A stretch of 64,000 nucleotides of DNA from Octopus sinensis (GCF_006345805.1 NC_042997.1:21762001-21826000), one strand, 5' to 3'. Numbered from the stretch's first letter, positions 1-12,965 are shown. Translations and numbers: made by a program. The notes: generated by a model not told the origin, from the sequence alone.

Positions 1-1240
1 ATCAAAACCCGCAAAATCCTGACAACAACTGGAAACTTCCACAGAAACAATGATGTTGACGGGCTCTCCCTAAGAAAAAAATGAAGGTGGTAGAGGCCTG
101 AGATCAGTGCAGACTGCCTTCCAATGCCGTATGGTATCATTCAGGCAGCACCTGCTAAACAACAGCAGTAAAAATAAATATATAAATGCAGTGCTGAAAA
201 GTGAAGTAAACAACATTGTACGAGTTGGCAGTGAGCTCCTCAAGAAGCAATCTCTTCCTGATGATCGCCTATGCAGCCCCAAAACAGCTGGGTTCTTTTA
301 TCTCAGAAATGACCAGGATGGAAAACACTCAGCATACAAAAAAAATAAAAAGACTATGCATGGGTATGTTACCTGGAAGCTTGAAGAAGAAAGTAAAATT
401 GACACGAAGCGCAGCCTCTCTTGGACACAAGACCACTACACCACACTTTGAAGGCTATGCGTTTGCAATCCAGGAACGGGAGATTGCCACAAAGTACCTG
501 GTGAACAAGAAAGACAGTGACGCTGTTGTAACCCCAAGGTGCGACCGCATGTGTAGGCTATGTCATCTTTCTGTGAAAGACATCACGCATGTGATTAGCA
601 GCTGTCCTAAAATGTCATCACGCTACTACCTCCCTATGCGGCACGATGTTGTTGCTAAAACAATTTACAATACCATCCGCAAAAAAAGACTATCCTGAAA
701 TAAACTTAGAAAATCTCTCTGTTATGGAATACATTCATAAACACCAACTCAAGGAATACAGGTGGAATATTTCCATCAAAACTTCTGACAAATGTAAGCA
801 TAACAGGCTGGATATTGTTTGGGACAGAGGGGCAAGGGTATGTACCGTCATAGAGGTCAGCTGCCCTGTAGATATAAATATCTGTTTGAAAATCAAAGAA
901 AAAGAGGATATCTATGGACAACAGCTTCGAAACCGCCAGCTTCTATATCCAGACTATGAATTCATATTCATACCAATAATAATTGGAGCACTAGGTTCTG
1001 TTAGTAAATGCTTAGAGGATAATCTGGATAAACTGTGATTTTCAGAAAGAGAAATCGACTGGCTAATACGTACATTACAAGACTAATATGTGAGTGGAAC
1101 AGCAAAAGTATGCAAGACTTTTCTCAAAATCCAATTGTGAATTTGTCTGTGTTAACTACATTCAAAAGATGGAGCTTTGTATCTTTGTTGGAAACCAGTT
1201 CTTTCCTCAATGGAAGATTTATAATAATTAAAAATAGAAG
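1..1240 (+). mobile_element. R4/Dong-clade (RLE) non-LTR retrotransposon, 3' part (RT thumb, CCHC knuckle, restriction-like endonuclease), frameshifted
   Basis: The translation gives the thumb motif KTRKILTTTGNFH..DVD...GGRGL, then CRLCHLSVKDITHVISSCPK..RHDVV (CCHC plus RHD), then an RLE-type DIVWD..IEVSCP..IIIGALG. The ORF ends near 1140, followed by a short UTR and (ACAT)n. It runs off the left edge of the window. Confidence 0.9.
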
Positions 1241-1330
1241 ATACATACATACACACACACATACATACATACATACATACATACATACATACATACATAC
1301 ATACATACATACATACATACATACATACAT
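1241..1330 (+). repeat. (ACAT)n microsatellite at the 3' end of the R4/Dong copy
   Basis: Read directly from the sequence. Confidence 0.95.
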
Positions 1331-1693
1331 AAAAGTTGATTCAAAGACTACAGATCCAAGCCATCACTAAAACTGTAAAAATCTGTTAAACTTTCGAAAA
1401 GTTTTCTCATTTAAGATTATCTGTGCATGTCTAGTTATGCAACAATATGCATGAAGATACTTACATAAAACAATACATACAAATCTGCACATATTCATAC
1501 AAAAATACCTCGTTGATGTTCTTAAAATTCCATGAACGAGCCTTGGATCTTAGGCTAGTAACCAGCTGTTTCTCTATTGTACATACATACATAAATACAT
1601 AGGGAGAGTTTATGAAAAAAAACAAAAGACGAAGACAGGTCGTGTACAAAACAAACAGATGTATTAGTATAACGCTCAGGAATAGAAAAAGTA

Positions 1694-1727
1694 TTTTACG
1701 TTTCGAGCCTACGCTCTTCTACAGAAA
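1694..1727 (-). ncRNA. Minimal hammerhead-like motif, variant core (family C)
   Basis: The minus strand reads UUU CUGUAGA A GAGC GUAG GCUC GAAA CGU A AAA. It lies in a ~190-bp element flanked by (ACAT)n. A6 is replaced by U and stem I is only 3 bp. Confidence 0.45.
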
Positions 1728-1790
1728 GGGACATCGAAAAAACAAGGGGAGAAACAAGGAGAGTAAAAATGTGTGTAGTGGCTACATACA

Positions 1791-1822
<32 letters not shown>

Positions 1823-2004
1823 CACATTTTACATCTCAGCAATTTGCCACTCTCCGGAGGAATGTATCCAGACCTTCGAATATTTTGTCTTATTTCCAAA
1901 AGGTAGTGTTGCTGACCTTGTCAACTAACGTTTATGGCATTCACTTCCAATTTTCCATACTTTTTGAAAGCATCCATTAACAATTATGTCTCTTTCACTC
2001 GCAG

Positions 2005-2093
<89 letters not shown>

Positions 2094-2326
2094 TACTGCA
2101 TAATGGTTGTTAGTATGGTTTCTGCGAAGCCAGTTCCACTAGTAATTTACTCTACTCTGTCACCTACCATTCGGCGCTCACCTTAGAGAAATATGATTAA
2201 AGCAATGTTGTCACCCTAGACATTAGCAGAGCTTTCGACCGTAATGAGAATCTCCTCTTCCTGTTCCATTTTCTGTCGGCTCTGTTGAGCATCAAGGTTC
2301 GGTTTTGCTCCCCACTAAATTCTTCC

Positions 2327-2392
<66 letters not shown>

Positions 2393-3141
2393 TCTACTCG
2401 CAGGAGATTCGATCGAAATGCGATCGTATCCCCTGTGAGTTAATACAGCATCTCCTAATGAAAATGTAAACTACATTTAATCAAGTTATCCTTGGCCTGA
2501 TGATTACCTTACTGTCTGCCCCTCGTTTTGATAATAACTACTTCTGAGGTACCCCTAGCTATGAAATATATGTAGCCTGGAATTTATCTAGTCCATTTCC
2601 TAATTTTGGGATATATATTATTAACGCCAAGCAGTGTTTAGGCACAAGCAATGTTCAGGTTAGTTAAAATATGTTTGTGACATATTTCAATTGATAAAAG
2701 GCAAATTCACTGCAGTTACTAAATAGTAAATTTCCTCATATGGTTCAATGGTGTAAAATCACCATATCTGTTCAGTGTCGCTATCGATATTTAGCTTGTC
2801 CTATAAATTCGTATAAAACTATAGAAGCTAGAGCGTAAACAGTGGGAGATAAACAAACAAATAAAGTGATGCAAATCAAAATAAACAGCTTAACCCTTTG
2901 AGGCCTGAACGCCTGAACCTTATTTTACCATATACCTGGCACTCCATTCGTGTAGTGCGGTGCTACGGTATAGAGAAAAATAAGCCATCCACCGATAAAC
3001 TAGTGTTACGGGCTCAATGGGTTTATATATATATATATAGTTAATCGAAACATGAAAACACAAAGAGAAAACACAACAACACGAGGATGTGGAACAAGTA
3101 TAGCGTTATGGGACGCTCAGGAAAGGAAAGAAAGAAGGAGG

Positions 3142-3176
3142 ATTTAACGTTTCGAGCGGAGCTCTTCGTCAGAAAC
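3142..3176 (-). ncRNA. Minimal hammerhead ribozyme motif (family C)
   Basis: The minus strand reads GUUU CUGACGA A GAGC UCC GCUC GAAA CGU U AAAU, with a palindromic AACGUU at stem III. The host element (~3040-3250) is flanked by (TA)n. Confidence 0.55.
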
Positions 3177-3714
3177 ATAGGAAAAGGAAAGATCCAAGGA
3201 TTGGAAGACGGAGGAAAAAATTGTCAACGGTACACACGGTATATACATATATATATATACCAGCTTAACATTTCCTATCTCATACAGTATTAATCAACAG
3301 GAGGAACACCATACTTGGAGATTCGGTTGATTTTTGTACACGTTGTAGTAATTGCAGTATGAGATCGAATCGCATGAGAAGACTATATGTTGGTTAAGAA
3401 TCTAGAAAATGCAGATGATGCCCGCTAAAGTGTATTGATTCGGCAGCTGAAACGTGGAAGGTTTAGATTTAATCGTACAAATCGAAGTTTTCATCTCCCG
3501 TTTTGCCTTTGGTGTTATCCCAGGAGTGGCTTTGGTGGGACTTCATCATGGGTAAGTCCGCTCCTTGATCGATGGAATGTAGCTCCAAATTATCAGTGGG
3601 ACCTTTGAGCAAGAGTTGTTTAAGAGCTAACGTAATATGTATTTTTTTATATTCTCTGGGTGTATTGTAATATGCTTGTTTTAATATGTAACAATCTTTC
3701 TTTTAAAGGTAAGT

Positions 3715-3908
3715 TCTGCCAGCTGCAGTTACGCCTGCAGTTACGTTCTGAGTTCAAATTCCGCCGAGGTCAACTTTGCCTTTCATCCTTTCGGGGTCGA
3801 TAAATTAAGTACCAGTTACGCACTGGGGTCGATGTAATCGACTTAATCCGTTTGTCTGTCCTTGTTTGTTCCCTCTACGTTTAGCCCCTTATGGGCAAGA
3901 AAGAAATA
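3715..3908 (+). mobile_element. tRNA-derived SINE family S1, 5'-truncated
   Basis: Matches the 8887-9113 copy (gagttcaaattccgccgagg...ggggtcgataaattaagtaccag...aaagaaata). Confidence 0.8.
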
Positions 3909-6396
3909 ACGGAGAACTGTAAACATGCATTGAATAATGTTAATGGATGTAGAGTCAAAATAGTATTTATAATCAATTGTGATTGTTTACTTCGAAGTAC
4001 CGCAGGTAGTGACTTGTGGCATTCAAACTTAGAAGCTAAATAGATTAGACTAAATACTACACCACAGTTGCTGTACTGATTCTGTCAACCACTGTTCCGT
4101 ATTATATCTACAAAATGTGAAATATTTTCCAGAGTAACATATGAAGAACTAACGGTTATGCGGATATATTTTGAAACTTGTATAACGAGCATCACAGGAC
4201 ATTATATAATGTATCTATTTGCAAAAGAGATATAATCACCAGTCGATGCTATTTCCCTTTCTTTACTTAGAAGATCCGAATGTTATAACATCCTATTGGT
4301 CTTCTCTTTAATACTGAATTCATTTACAATTTACAAGTAGGAAGAAGACAAGTGAAAAGATTGCCAGAACATAAAATCGGCGCCGATAGACTTTGCATTT
4401 CATCTATTTCTCGTACCAGTAACGTAATGGGTGTTGATTCAATCGATTGTATCATTGCTCTAGAAAAAGTATAGAAAAAATAAATCAATATTTTAAAAAA
4501 TATGTTTAAAAGTATTTTGGAAGGGAAAAATACATTTCTAACATTGGGATATCTTAGCAGCAGCAGCAGCAGCAATAGCAGCAACAGCAGTAATAGCAGC
4601 AGCAGCAACTGTAGCTGCTGTTGCTAAGTGCAACTACTATAACCTTACAACCATAACCGCAAGTGCTAATAACAATAACTTCAATCACCTCTGTTACTCT
4701 TACTGCTAATGCCATCATTATTCATATCACGATCAAATCACCCTCACACATCTCCAATCACGACTATCATCTTTAACACTAGCAGCATCAGTTCATAATT
4801 GTCACTACTTATACTACTATTCACGCCGTCTTGTAAAACAATTGTTAGCGATTAAATGTTCAAAACAAGATATTCTACCTTATAGTTATTTTTTTATTTT
4901 TTCATTCTCATCCATAGCGTTTGTATGTATATATCTTGTACACAGAATTCTAACATTTAAAAGCATACGTATAATGTGTATATTATTTGATATTTAGTCT
5001 ACGCATATGAAGTAAACAATAATGACGAATGTTTTTGTGCAGTAATAAACGTGAATAACAAATAGTAAACAGTTTTGTTATCGCCTTTTCCTAAGTTTAC
5101 TATCGGCCAACATCAATAAATATTCTTAAATATCTGAGACCGCAGAAACCTAAATTAAATCTTCAATACAATCTTATTATATATACGAAGGTTAACGTTT
5201 TTGATCAGATGCGTAATAGAAGAGAGCAAGGTCATTGATAGGAAATATATCTTTATAAGTAAATCAATATTTGAGGTGTTTGTCATGGTAGAGTCCTTCC
5301 TTGAAAAACAGGAGCAGTTAGGAGTTAGGTCTACTTCTCTAATAGAAACGTGTTTGTTTTCAGCTTAAGTCTAAGGCTACGTAAATACTCGAATTATTCC
5401 TCTATTTTTAGGCCCACAGATGGCTGAGTCTATACGAAGTCGAACAGCCTACCAGATTGAACAATGGTTCGAATTTCGATAGGAGATCTTCACGCCCGTG
5501 GCAAAGTAACTCTCTCTCTCTCGTAATTTATATAACTTTAAATTGGTGTCATTAGCACATACAGCACAAAGCTACCAAAACTGGAAATGTATAATTAACA
5601 TTTTGTTACCTAGATACCTTTCAGTTTTCTTAAGGGTACAGATAAGGTCTTAGGAACTCGATGCTGAGTACCCCTACTAAAAATTCTTGTAAATATTCAA
5701 TCCGCAGCGTTATTCAAAATTCTTATGTGTTTGAGAATCTTAATCTCGTTGCTCATTAATTTCATCTAAAGCTTAGAAGATATACTCTGGTATAGTCAGG
5801 TTACATAAATAGCAAAAGGAGTGGTTGAAGAAATAATCCATCTGTGAGCTATCAACATCTTTCGGCGTTTCTAAAATAAAGACAGCTTTGTTGATCACTT
5901 TAACCGATCTTTATATATTGATTTCTAACATCGATGCAAGACCGATCTATTTCGGGGACGATATAAACTCCTGTTCAGTTAGTTAATGGTAAGGTTATGT
6001 GTTTTGCTTAAGAGCATAGTCTATGATGAAGTTCGAAGTTCAAATATGAATTAATGGCCTGAAAACTAACACATGATTGATTCATATATATAAAAAAGAA
6101 AATGATTTAGTTTTTAACACACACACACACACATATATATATGGTATGAAGATTCTGATAGTTCATATTTTGTTATTACGAGTGGATAGCATGGTGACAT
6201 AAATTCCATTGAAAGAGACCTTCTGGTGTGAAGTCACACCACTTACCACATCTACACACCGCTTTCATTGGATAATGAAACTGAAACTGTAACATCCTAC
6301 ATATGTTTTTCTTTTATACTTCCTATATCCACCCTTTTCCAAAGTAACCCTTTATACTGTAGCCTACTATTTTCCTCTAGTTAACTCTCTCATATC

Positions 6397-6444
6397 GTCT
6401 CTGATGAAGGGATATCCCTAATATCCCAGAAACAGTTGTAAGAC
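6397..6444 (+). ncRNA. Minimal type I hammerhead ribozyme motif (family B)
   Basis: GUCU CUGAUGA A GGGAUAU CCCUA AUAUCCC A GAAA C AGUU GUA AGAC: 4-bp stem I, 7-bp stem II, GUA site at 6438-6440. It is homologous to the minus-strand copy at 34810-34861. Confidence 0.65.
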
Positions 6445-6638
6445 TACTTTTTTCTTTATAAATGTCCTATAAATTCCACACAGCCTTGGTATTGTTGTCT
6501 CATTTAAGATATACATGCTCACACAAGACCCGCATAAAACTCTTCACTCGTATTATTATCGAACCGAGAGTCTAACTACGGCCCTCCCGAAGCACTTACA
6601 TATCCTTACCTGCCATCTTGGGTCTTCCGGATACCAAT

Positions 6639-6738
<100 letters not shown>

Positions 6739-6740
6739 AA

Positions 6741-6830
6741 GGTTAATCCAAACGGGAAAACAGAAAAAACAACAACACGTGGAACAATTACAGTATTATT
6801 ATTATTAGGCGCTCAGGAAAATGGAAGAAA
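6741..6830 (-). mobile_element. Fragment of the family C element between (TA)n tracts, lacking the ribozyme core
   Basis: Shares gttaatc.aaac..gaaaac...acaacaacacg..gtggaacaa...cgctcaggaaa with 3040-3125. Confidence 0.6.
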
Positions 6831-6840
6831 TATATATATA

Positions 6841-6884
<44 letters not shown>

Positions 6885-6886
<2 letters not shown>

Positions 6887-7238
6887 TGGCACTCCGTCGG
6901 TTACGAGGACGATGGTTCTAGTTGATCAGATCAACGGAATAGCCTGCTCGTAAAATTAACGTGCAAGTGGTTGAGCACTCCACAGACACGGGTACCATTA
7001 ATGTAATTCTCGAGGAGATTCAGCGCGACACAAAGTGTGACAAGGCTGGCCCTTTGAAATACAGGTACAACAGAAACAGGAAGAAAGAGGGAGAGAAATT
7101 TGTGGTTCGCCTCCCGCTTCTACTGGAGTCATGTGGAGCTTTAGGTGTTTTCGCTCAATAACCACTCACAGCGCCCGGTCTGGGAATCGAAACTGCGAAC
7201 CTACGATCGCGAATCCGCTGCCCTAGCCACTGGGCCAT
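6885..7238 (-). mobile_element. tRNA-derived SINE family S3
   Basis: Reverse complement of the 10325-10632 copy, with a tRNA-like head (B-box gttcgattccc-like) at the 7180-7238 end. Confidence 0.75.
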
Positions 7239-7260
7239 TTAGCCTCTCTCTCTCGCTATG

Positions 7261-7327
<67 letters not shown>

Positions 7328-8048
7328 ATACGAACATACTATCTTTAAGATAGCATGTTTTATACTTATTTGATATCATTGTATCATATATATAGCTTAT
7401 GTGCATAATTATACATACTAGCAGGAAGACGGCCATCCGGCGGTTTTCTGCTAACCCCTTGATAATACTTTCAAATTTGATTCCCAATTCTAATAATTTT
7501 TATATTTTAAGTCTAATTATTTCTTTGTATAATAGTGCTTACTTGCTTAGTAAATATTGCTTTCATTATTTTATCACAGTCTCTCTTTTTTAAACAAACT
7601 TCACGGGAGTCCAACAACAGAAGGAGAAGAAGTTGATCAAGTTTTACCTTCACCTCAAAGCAACATAGAGATTTCATTTCAGCAGCCCATCTGTAAGCTT
7701 TGCAGTGTTTGTGTGTGTGTGTGTGAAACAGAGAGTAAGTGCGAGAGAACGTTTGCAAACAATGAATGAAATAAACACGAAGTGAAAAAAAAAATCGTAT
7801 AAATAAAACGGTATTACTATACGCTCCCGATTTTGTTGCCTCATAACATCCAGAAAAATGGATACTCTTTAACAAAATTTTCTACAAATACCACTTAGAT
7901 GTTATGGCTTCAAAGTATATAGTGATTTATGGGAAAGAAGTTTTCTGAGGGGTTGGAGAGAGGGGTTTCAGAAAATTTACACAATCTGACTTTTTCGCTC
8001 ACAACTTTCAGGAAAATGGGTATCTATTAATGAAATTTTATACAAATC

Positions 8049-8195
8049 ACTTAGCGGTTCGGCAAAAAGAGACCGAAAGAATAAGTACTGGGCTTACAAA
8101 GAATAACTCCCGGGGTCGAGTTGCTCGCTTAAAGGCGGTGCTCCAGCATGGCCTCAGTCAAATGACTGAAACAAGTAAAAGAGTAAAAGAGTAAA
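8049..8195 (+). mobile_element. SINE family S2, 3' half
   Basis: Near identical to 61950-62092 (cacttagcggttcggcaaaaagagaccg...gtaaaagag). Confidence 0.8.
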
Positions 8196-8827
8196 TCCTT
8201 CTCAAACAGCAAAGATTACGATTATAAAGAAATTTGTGGGGGAAAATGTTTTCGGAGATTTCCCAATTTTTTTAAGCCACAGCCTTCGAAATGGGAGGTT
8301 GTGGGAGTGGGAGGCATCTTTGTATGAAAAAAGTTTTGAAAACTCTTTTTATTTACACCCTCCTCCCTCCTCGTCCCACTCTGGACCTATTTTGGCCAAT
8401 TTCTTTTTGCACTTCAAAACCATGGGAAGAGCATTTTCGGTAAACAAAATATTGTTAATATTTTCAGGGGGAAAAGTGAGTGATTGACAATCCCCCTCGT
8501 TTCTTTATCACTCTCGCATGTATTGAGGTTTTTCAATATCCCCCCCCCCCATAAATACATTCATATGCTATAAAAAAAGAAAATGAGAAATTATGAATTT
8601 TTTGCAACCCCACTCCCTACCGCCGATTGTTTCTGCTTAGAAATTGAAACATTGGAGAGCCTGAGAAGGTCGTTGCTGGCATTTATCCACAGTGATTTTA
8701 AAAAATTACGGAGATATACTTCCATAGCAAATGACTTGATTTGAGATCGTGTGCTGAAACAAAAGTAATTGCAGCGTGGAAGATGTTTGTAAGCCATTCA
8801 AGAACACACAAAAACTGTTAGTTACAC

Positions 8828-9280
8828 GGCACTACTTAAATACAGAGGCCCCAAAGCATTTACATAACGATATGAAGGGGAGGGAAGGCGGCGAGCTGGC
8901 AGAATCGTTAGCACGCCGGGCGAAATGCGTAGCCGTATTTCGTCTGCCGTTACGTTGTGAGTTCAAATTCCGCCGGTCTACTTTGCCTTTCAAACTTTCG
9001 GGGTCGATAAATTAAGTACCAGTTACGCACTGGGGTCGATGTAATCGACTTAATCCGTTCGTCTGTCCTTGTTTGACCCTCTAAGTTTAGCCCCTTGTGG
9101 GTAATAAAGAAACATATGAAGGAGAGGGTTAGTTATTAGAGTCAGTTTTAGGGTTAGTTTTAGGAACGGTCAGGGTTAGGGTATCATTACACGACCACGC
9201 AGCGTACATTTAAAATGTTTTGTACATAACACCTGTATTTAAATAGTGCTATTAAGGGACCTCTGTATTTAAGTATTACC
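8828..9280. mobile_element. MITE-like element with ~25-bp TIRs, interrupted by an S1 SINE
   Basis: Left end ggcactacttaaatacagaggcccc; the right end reverse-complements to ggtaatacttaaatacagaggtccc. Internal ttagggttag-like repeats. No clear TSD. Confidence 0.55.
8887..9113 (+). mobile_element. tRNA-derived SINE family S1, full length
   Basis: A-box-like ggcagaatcgttagc and B-box gagttcaaattcc. Flanked by an imperfect atatgaagg(g/a)..ggg duplication. Many copies in the window. Confidence 0.85.
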
Positions 9281-9767
9281 ATTTAAATTTCGTTTGTGTC
9301 AAAATATTTTCGACGCTCTGAAACTGCGACCTGTTCACTGACAAAACTTCACAAAAGTGATACAGCACGAAGTTTTATCAGAGAACAGCACTCATGCACA
9401 CACACACACACACACACACTCATACACACACTCATACACACACACACATTCATTGCCTTTCATTCGTGTGTATGTGTATCTATGTGTGTGCGCGAGTATG
9501 TATGTGTATCACTGTTGAAGTCGCTCGTGAAACTTGTTTGTCATATTTGCTTAGTGGTATAGAATGTTTAGAAGCTGAGAATAAAGAGCAAATTTCCAGT
9601 TCTTGTCGCTAACATTTTTTTCTCCTCGTCTTCTAATAGTAATTACTTAACGTTCCAGCTTTTCTCACAGCTATCCCATGTTCAAAAATTATACGGATAT
9701 TTTTAAAATTTTCGTTCAATAAATAATGTTTTTACATTACGTATACATTAACAGAATTAACTATCGG

Positions 9768-10195
9768 GGATCTTTTCGGTTTGAACGGCAGTTTTTAACA
9801 TAATTTCTAGGTAACCAAAAAATTTTAAACTTCGTATACTGGTAGAATGTGTTTATAAAACATCTTTTTCTCTTGGCTTTATTGAGAAAATTCTATAGTT
9901 TGTAAGATATTTGTTGTTTTTTTTCTTCAATTTCTGCAATTTCAACCAATCACTGACGTCCATTGAGGTAAACAACATTCTGTGCCGTATGAATATGTCC
10001 CTCGTTTAAGAAACAGATTGGATTTATTTACATTTGTGAAGAAAAAAATACCCTTCCCCCCACCCCTAACCGTAACCGTAACCCTAACCCTAAAATAGAT
10101 TGAAATGCAATAAATCGATACTAGGGTCATAATTATGGGTGACAATTTCATATGACACCGCTAGAAAAAACTGCCGTTCAAACCGAAAAAGATCC
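9768..10195. mobile_element. Non-autonomous DNA transposon (MITE), 428 bp, 8-bp TSD
   Basis: TIR ggatcttttcggtttgaacggcagttttt / aaaaactgccgttcaaaccgaaaaagatcc. ACTATCGG is duplicated at 9760-9767 and 10196-10203. Confidence 0.9.
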
Positions 10196-10324
10196 ACTAT
10201 CGGTTTTCCAAATAGCGAATTAAAACTTAAAAGAGAAAGTGAGAGACTTTGCAAATGAAAATGGAATACTCCGCAGTGAATGCAATGAATATTTAAGTTA
10301 GTGAAGAATTAGACGAAGGGAAAG

Positions 10325-10632
10325 TGCGAGGCTTTGTGGTTAGGGTAATCAGATCACAGTCATGAGTTCGATTCCCATCGGCACGTTGTATCCTTGAGCA
10401 AGATACTTTATTTCACGTTGCTCCAGTCCGCTCAGCTAGCAAAATTGAGTTGTATCTGTATTTCAAAGGGCCCGTCTTCTCACGTCCTGTGTCACGTTAA
10501 ATCTACCCGAGAACTACGTCAGGGGTACGCGTGTCTGTGGGCTACTCAGCCACTTGCACGTTAATTTCACGAACAGGCTGTTCCGCTGACCGCTTCAATT
10601 GGAACACTCGTTGTCGTAACTGACGGAGTGCC
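10325..10632 (+). mobile_element. tRNA-derived SINE family S3
   Basis: gtggttagggt...gagttcgattccc head followed by a ccttgagcaagatacttt central domain. Homologous to 6885-7238. Confidence 0.75.
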
Positions 10633-10941
10633 ATCTTCATTCAAGGAAATTATTTGGAATTAGGTAGCGTCTGGAATGTGGATGGCCTTTTTATCTTTCT
10701 TGGTCATTTGATGAATACAATTGACCATAATGTTGATTATATGAAATTTGGGATCCATATGTCTATTCTGACCGTATTTATGAAATATATATATATCAGA
10801 TTTTATACACTTCTGACGCAGGGTGTATTGGACACGTTATTTTTGTACAACAACATGGGAGTGCGTGCATCTGTCTATTAATAAACAATGTATATACAAT
10901 CGGGGATAATAAAATTGAGTTCATGTTTTATAATAGACACA

Positions 10942-11061
10942 GACGGTTTCAAGTTCAGTCCTACTGCGTGGTATCTTGGATGCCTTCTTCTATAGCCATG
11001 AGCCGACCAAAGCCTTGTGGGTGAGCCCCTAGTACACGGAAACTAAAAGAAGGTTGTCGTT

Positions 11062-11112
<51 letters not shown>

Positions 11113-11369
11113 TATATATATATTATATATATATATATATTATATTATATGTACATGTGTGTGTGTTTTTTTGTACCCCTACCACTTAACGACCGGTGCT
11201 GGTTTGTTTATGGCCCCTAAATTTAGTGATTAAGCAAAAGAGATGAAGAGAAAAAGTACGAAACTTTTGAAAAAAAAAAAGTAATGGAGTCGGTTTGTTC
11301 GATTACAACCCTTTAAGGCAGCTGCCCCAGCACGGCCGCAGTCCAATGGCTTGTACAGGATAAAAGAAA
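10942..11369 (+). mobile_element. SINE family S2, degraded, with expanded internal (TA)n
   Basis: Both halves align to 61665-62092. Confidence 0.7.
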
Positions 11370-11713
11370 TTTGTGCGTTAATGCGTTAATAGTGATTTGT
11401 TTGAATACTATTCAGTAGTACAGAGTATATCTATAGATATTAGTCAACACCGTGAGAAATAGAGACTTAAACACCGATTCTCAATATACGATATCTTCCT
11501 ATATTGTACAAGTGGGATCAGCCGATTCAAATCAGCATTGGGGTTTTATCACAGACAAAAGACTCTTTTTAACTGTCCACAGCGGCACTGCTTGTAAACC
11601 TACCATTAGCAATGGAATAAGTAAATGGGATAGATAGACAGATGTTCAATTTATAACGCATTATTGGCAGCTGTTTCGATTAATAAATTACTAGTGCGTA
11701 AGACCGTAATATC

Positions 11714-11783
<70 letters not shown>

Positions 11784-12819
11784 GACTCTCCATTCTGTCT
11801 GGTTCCCATCAGTATAATGTTTCTTGATTGACCACCTGAATAGTATGTTTTTAGGTTTATTCTACACCAGTGGTTACTTAGGCTTCCTATAACGTCACTG
11901 AACGTGTATATAATCATGCTAAATGTGATACGTGTTTTTGGATGGTTCTTCCAGTTCAATGAAAAGCGATGTTCTAAGAATATCAATTACTCTAATGTAT
12001 AATTCACAGAAATAACATGTATAGTGGTTGTTGTTGTTTTGTGGTATTTTTTCCTGATCTTTTTCTTTTATTGTTCCTTTTTTTTTATAGAAAAAGTCGC
12101 TTCAGGTTCTGATCTGTTCTAGTCTAACAATCATATTGCCAAGAAACTGTTTCTTCTTGTATTAGATTTTTCTCTTTTTTCTTTTCTTTTTAAGAATTGT
12201 CTGACACGAAATGAAAGTTTCTACTAGCTCGTATAACTATATATAGTATAGTATACGACGTTGTTAATTCGGTCATTGTATATCTAATTAGTGTTGCCTT
12301 CTCGTCGTATAACTCCTAGTAACCTATATTGCTTGTGTGTAGTATGGTCGAAATTATTTCTCCAAATAACACTTAAGCGACCTATTTACACAAAATTGCT
12401 ATCGATATTGTATACAGAGATTCTTGTAACGCTTTTCTTTGCTTGTTCATGAACAATGAACCCACCATCGCACACTATTCACATAGTATTTACTTTCTCA
12501 AATATGTTAGAATATATTGATTCAGATTATTTTTGACACGTACCAACACTCAATCCGTTATGTCTATATATCTATTTTTCTTCCTATCAAACTATCTTTC
12601 TCCTTACGTATCTAACAGCCTATCTACGTATATATTTATCTCTTTATGGTTGAGTGTCAATTACAGGCGTAGATTTCTGCAATACTTTTTCAGAGCAGCA
12701 AAACATATTCTTTTTAAAAATAGGATATTTTGGTTTGTTTGTGTTTTGATACTTAATACCTAGATCATTTAAACTTGGTTATGAATCAGTTTTATATAGA
12801 TTTCAAATTTGAGCACCAG

Positions 12820-12965
12820 GCCAGCAGATCGATTACATCAACCTTCAGTGCGCAACTGTTACTTGTTTTATTGACCTCGAAAGGATGAACAGCAAAGCCA
12901 ACCTCGACGACATTTGGAATCAGAGCACAAAGCCAGAAAAAATGCCGCAAAGCTAACGATTCTTC
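12820..12965 (-). mobile_element. SINE family S1, degraded
   Basis: gattacatcaacc...actgttacttgttttattgacctcgaaaggatgaa matches the S1 reverse complement. Confidence 0.6.

Noticed and set aside
2889-2900. TTAACCCT, a piggyBac-like left end
   Set aside because: No matching AGGGTTAA nearby; the next lies at ~15262 with no supporting TIR similarity.
3410-3460. cagatga tgcc...ggca gct gaaacgt, a hammerhead-like arrangement
   Set aside because: The core is mutated, extra bases precede GAAA, and there is no stem I complementarity.
7180-7238. tRNA-like sequences here and at other SINE heads
   Set aside because: They are followed by SINE bodies and have no complete cloverleaf, so they are not tRNA genes.
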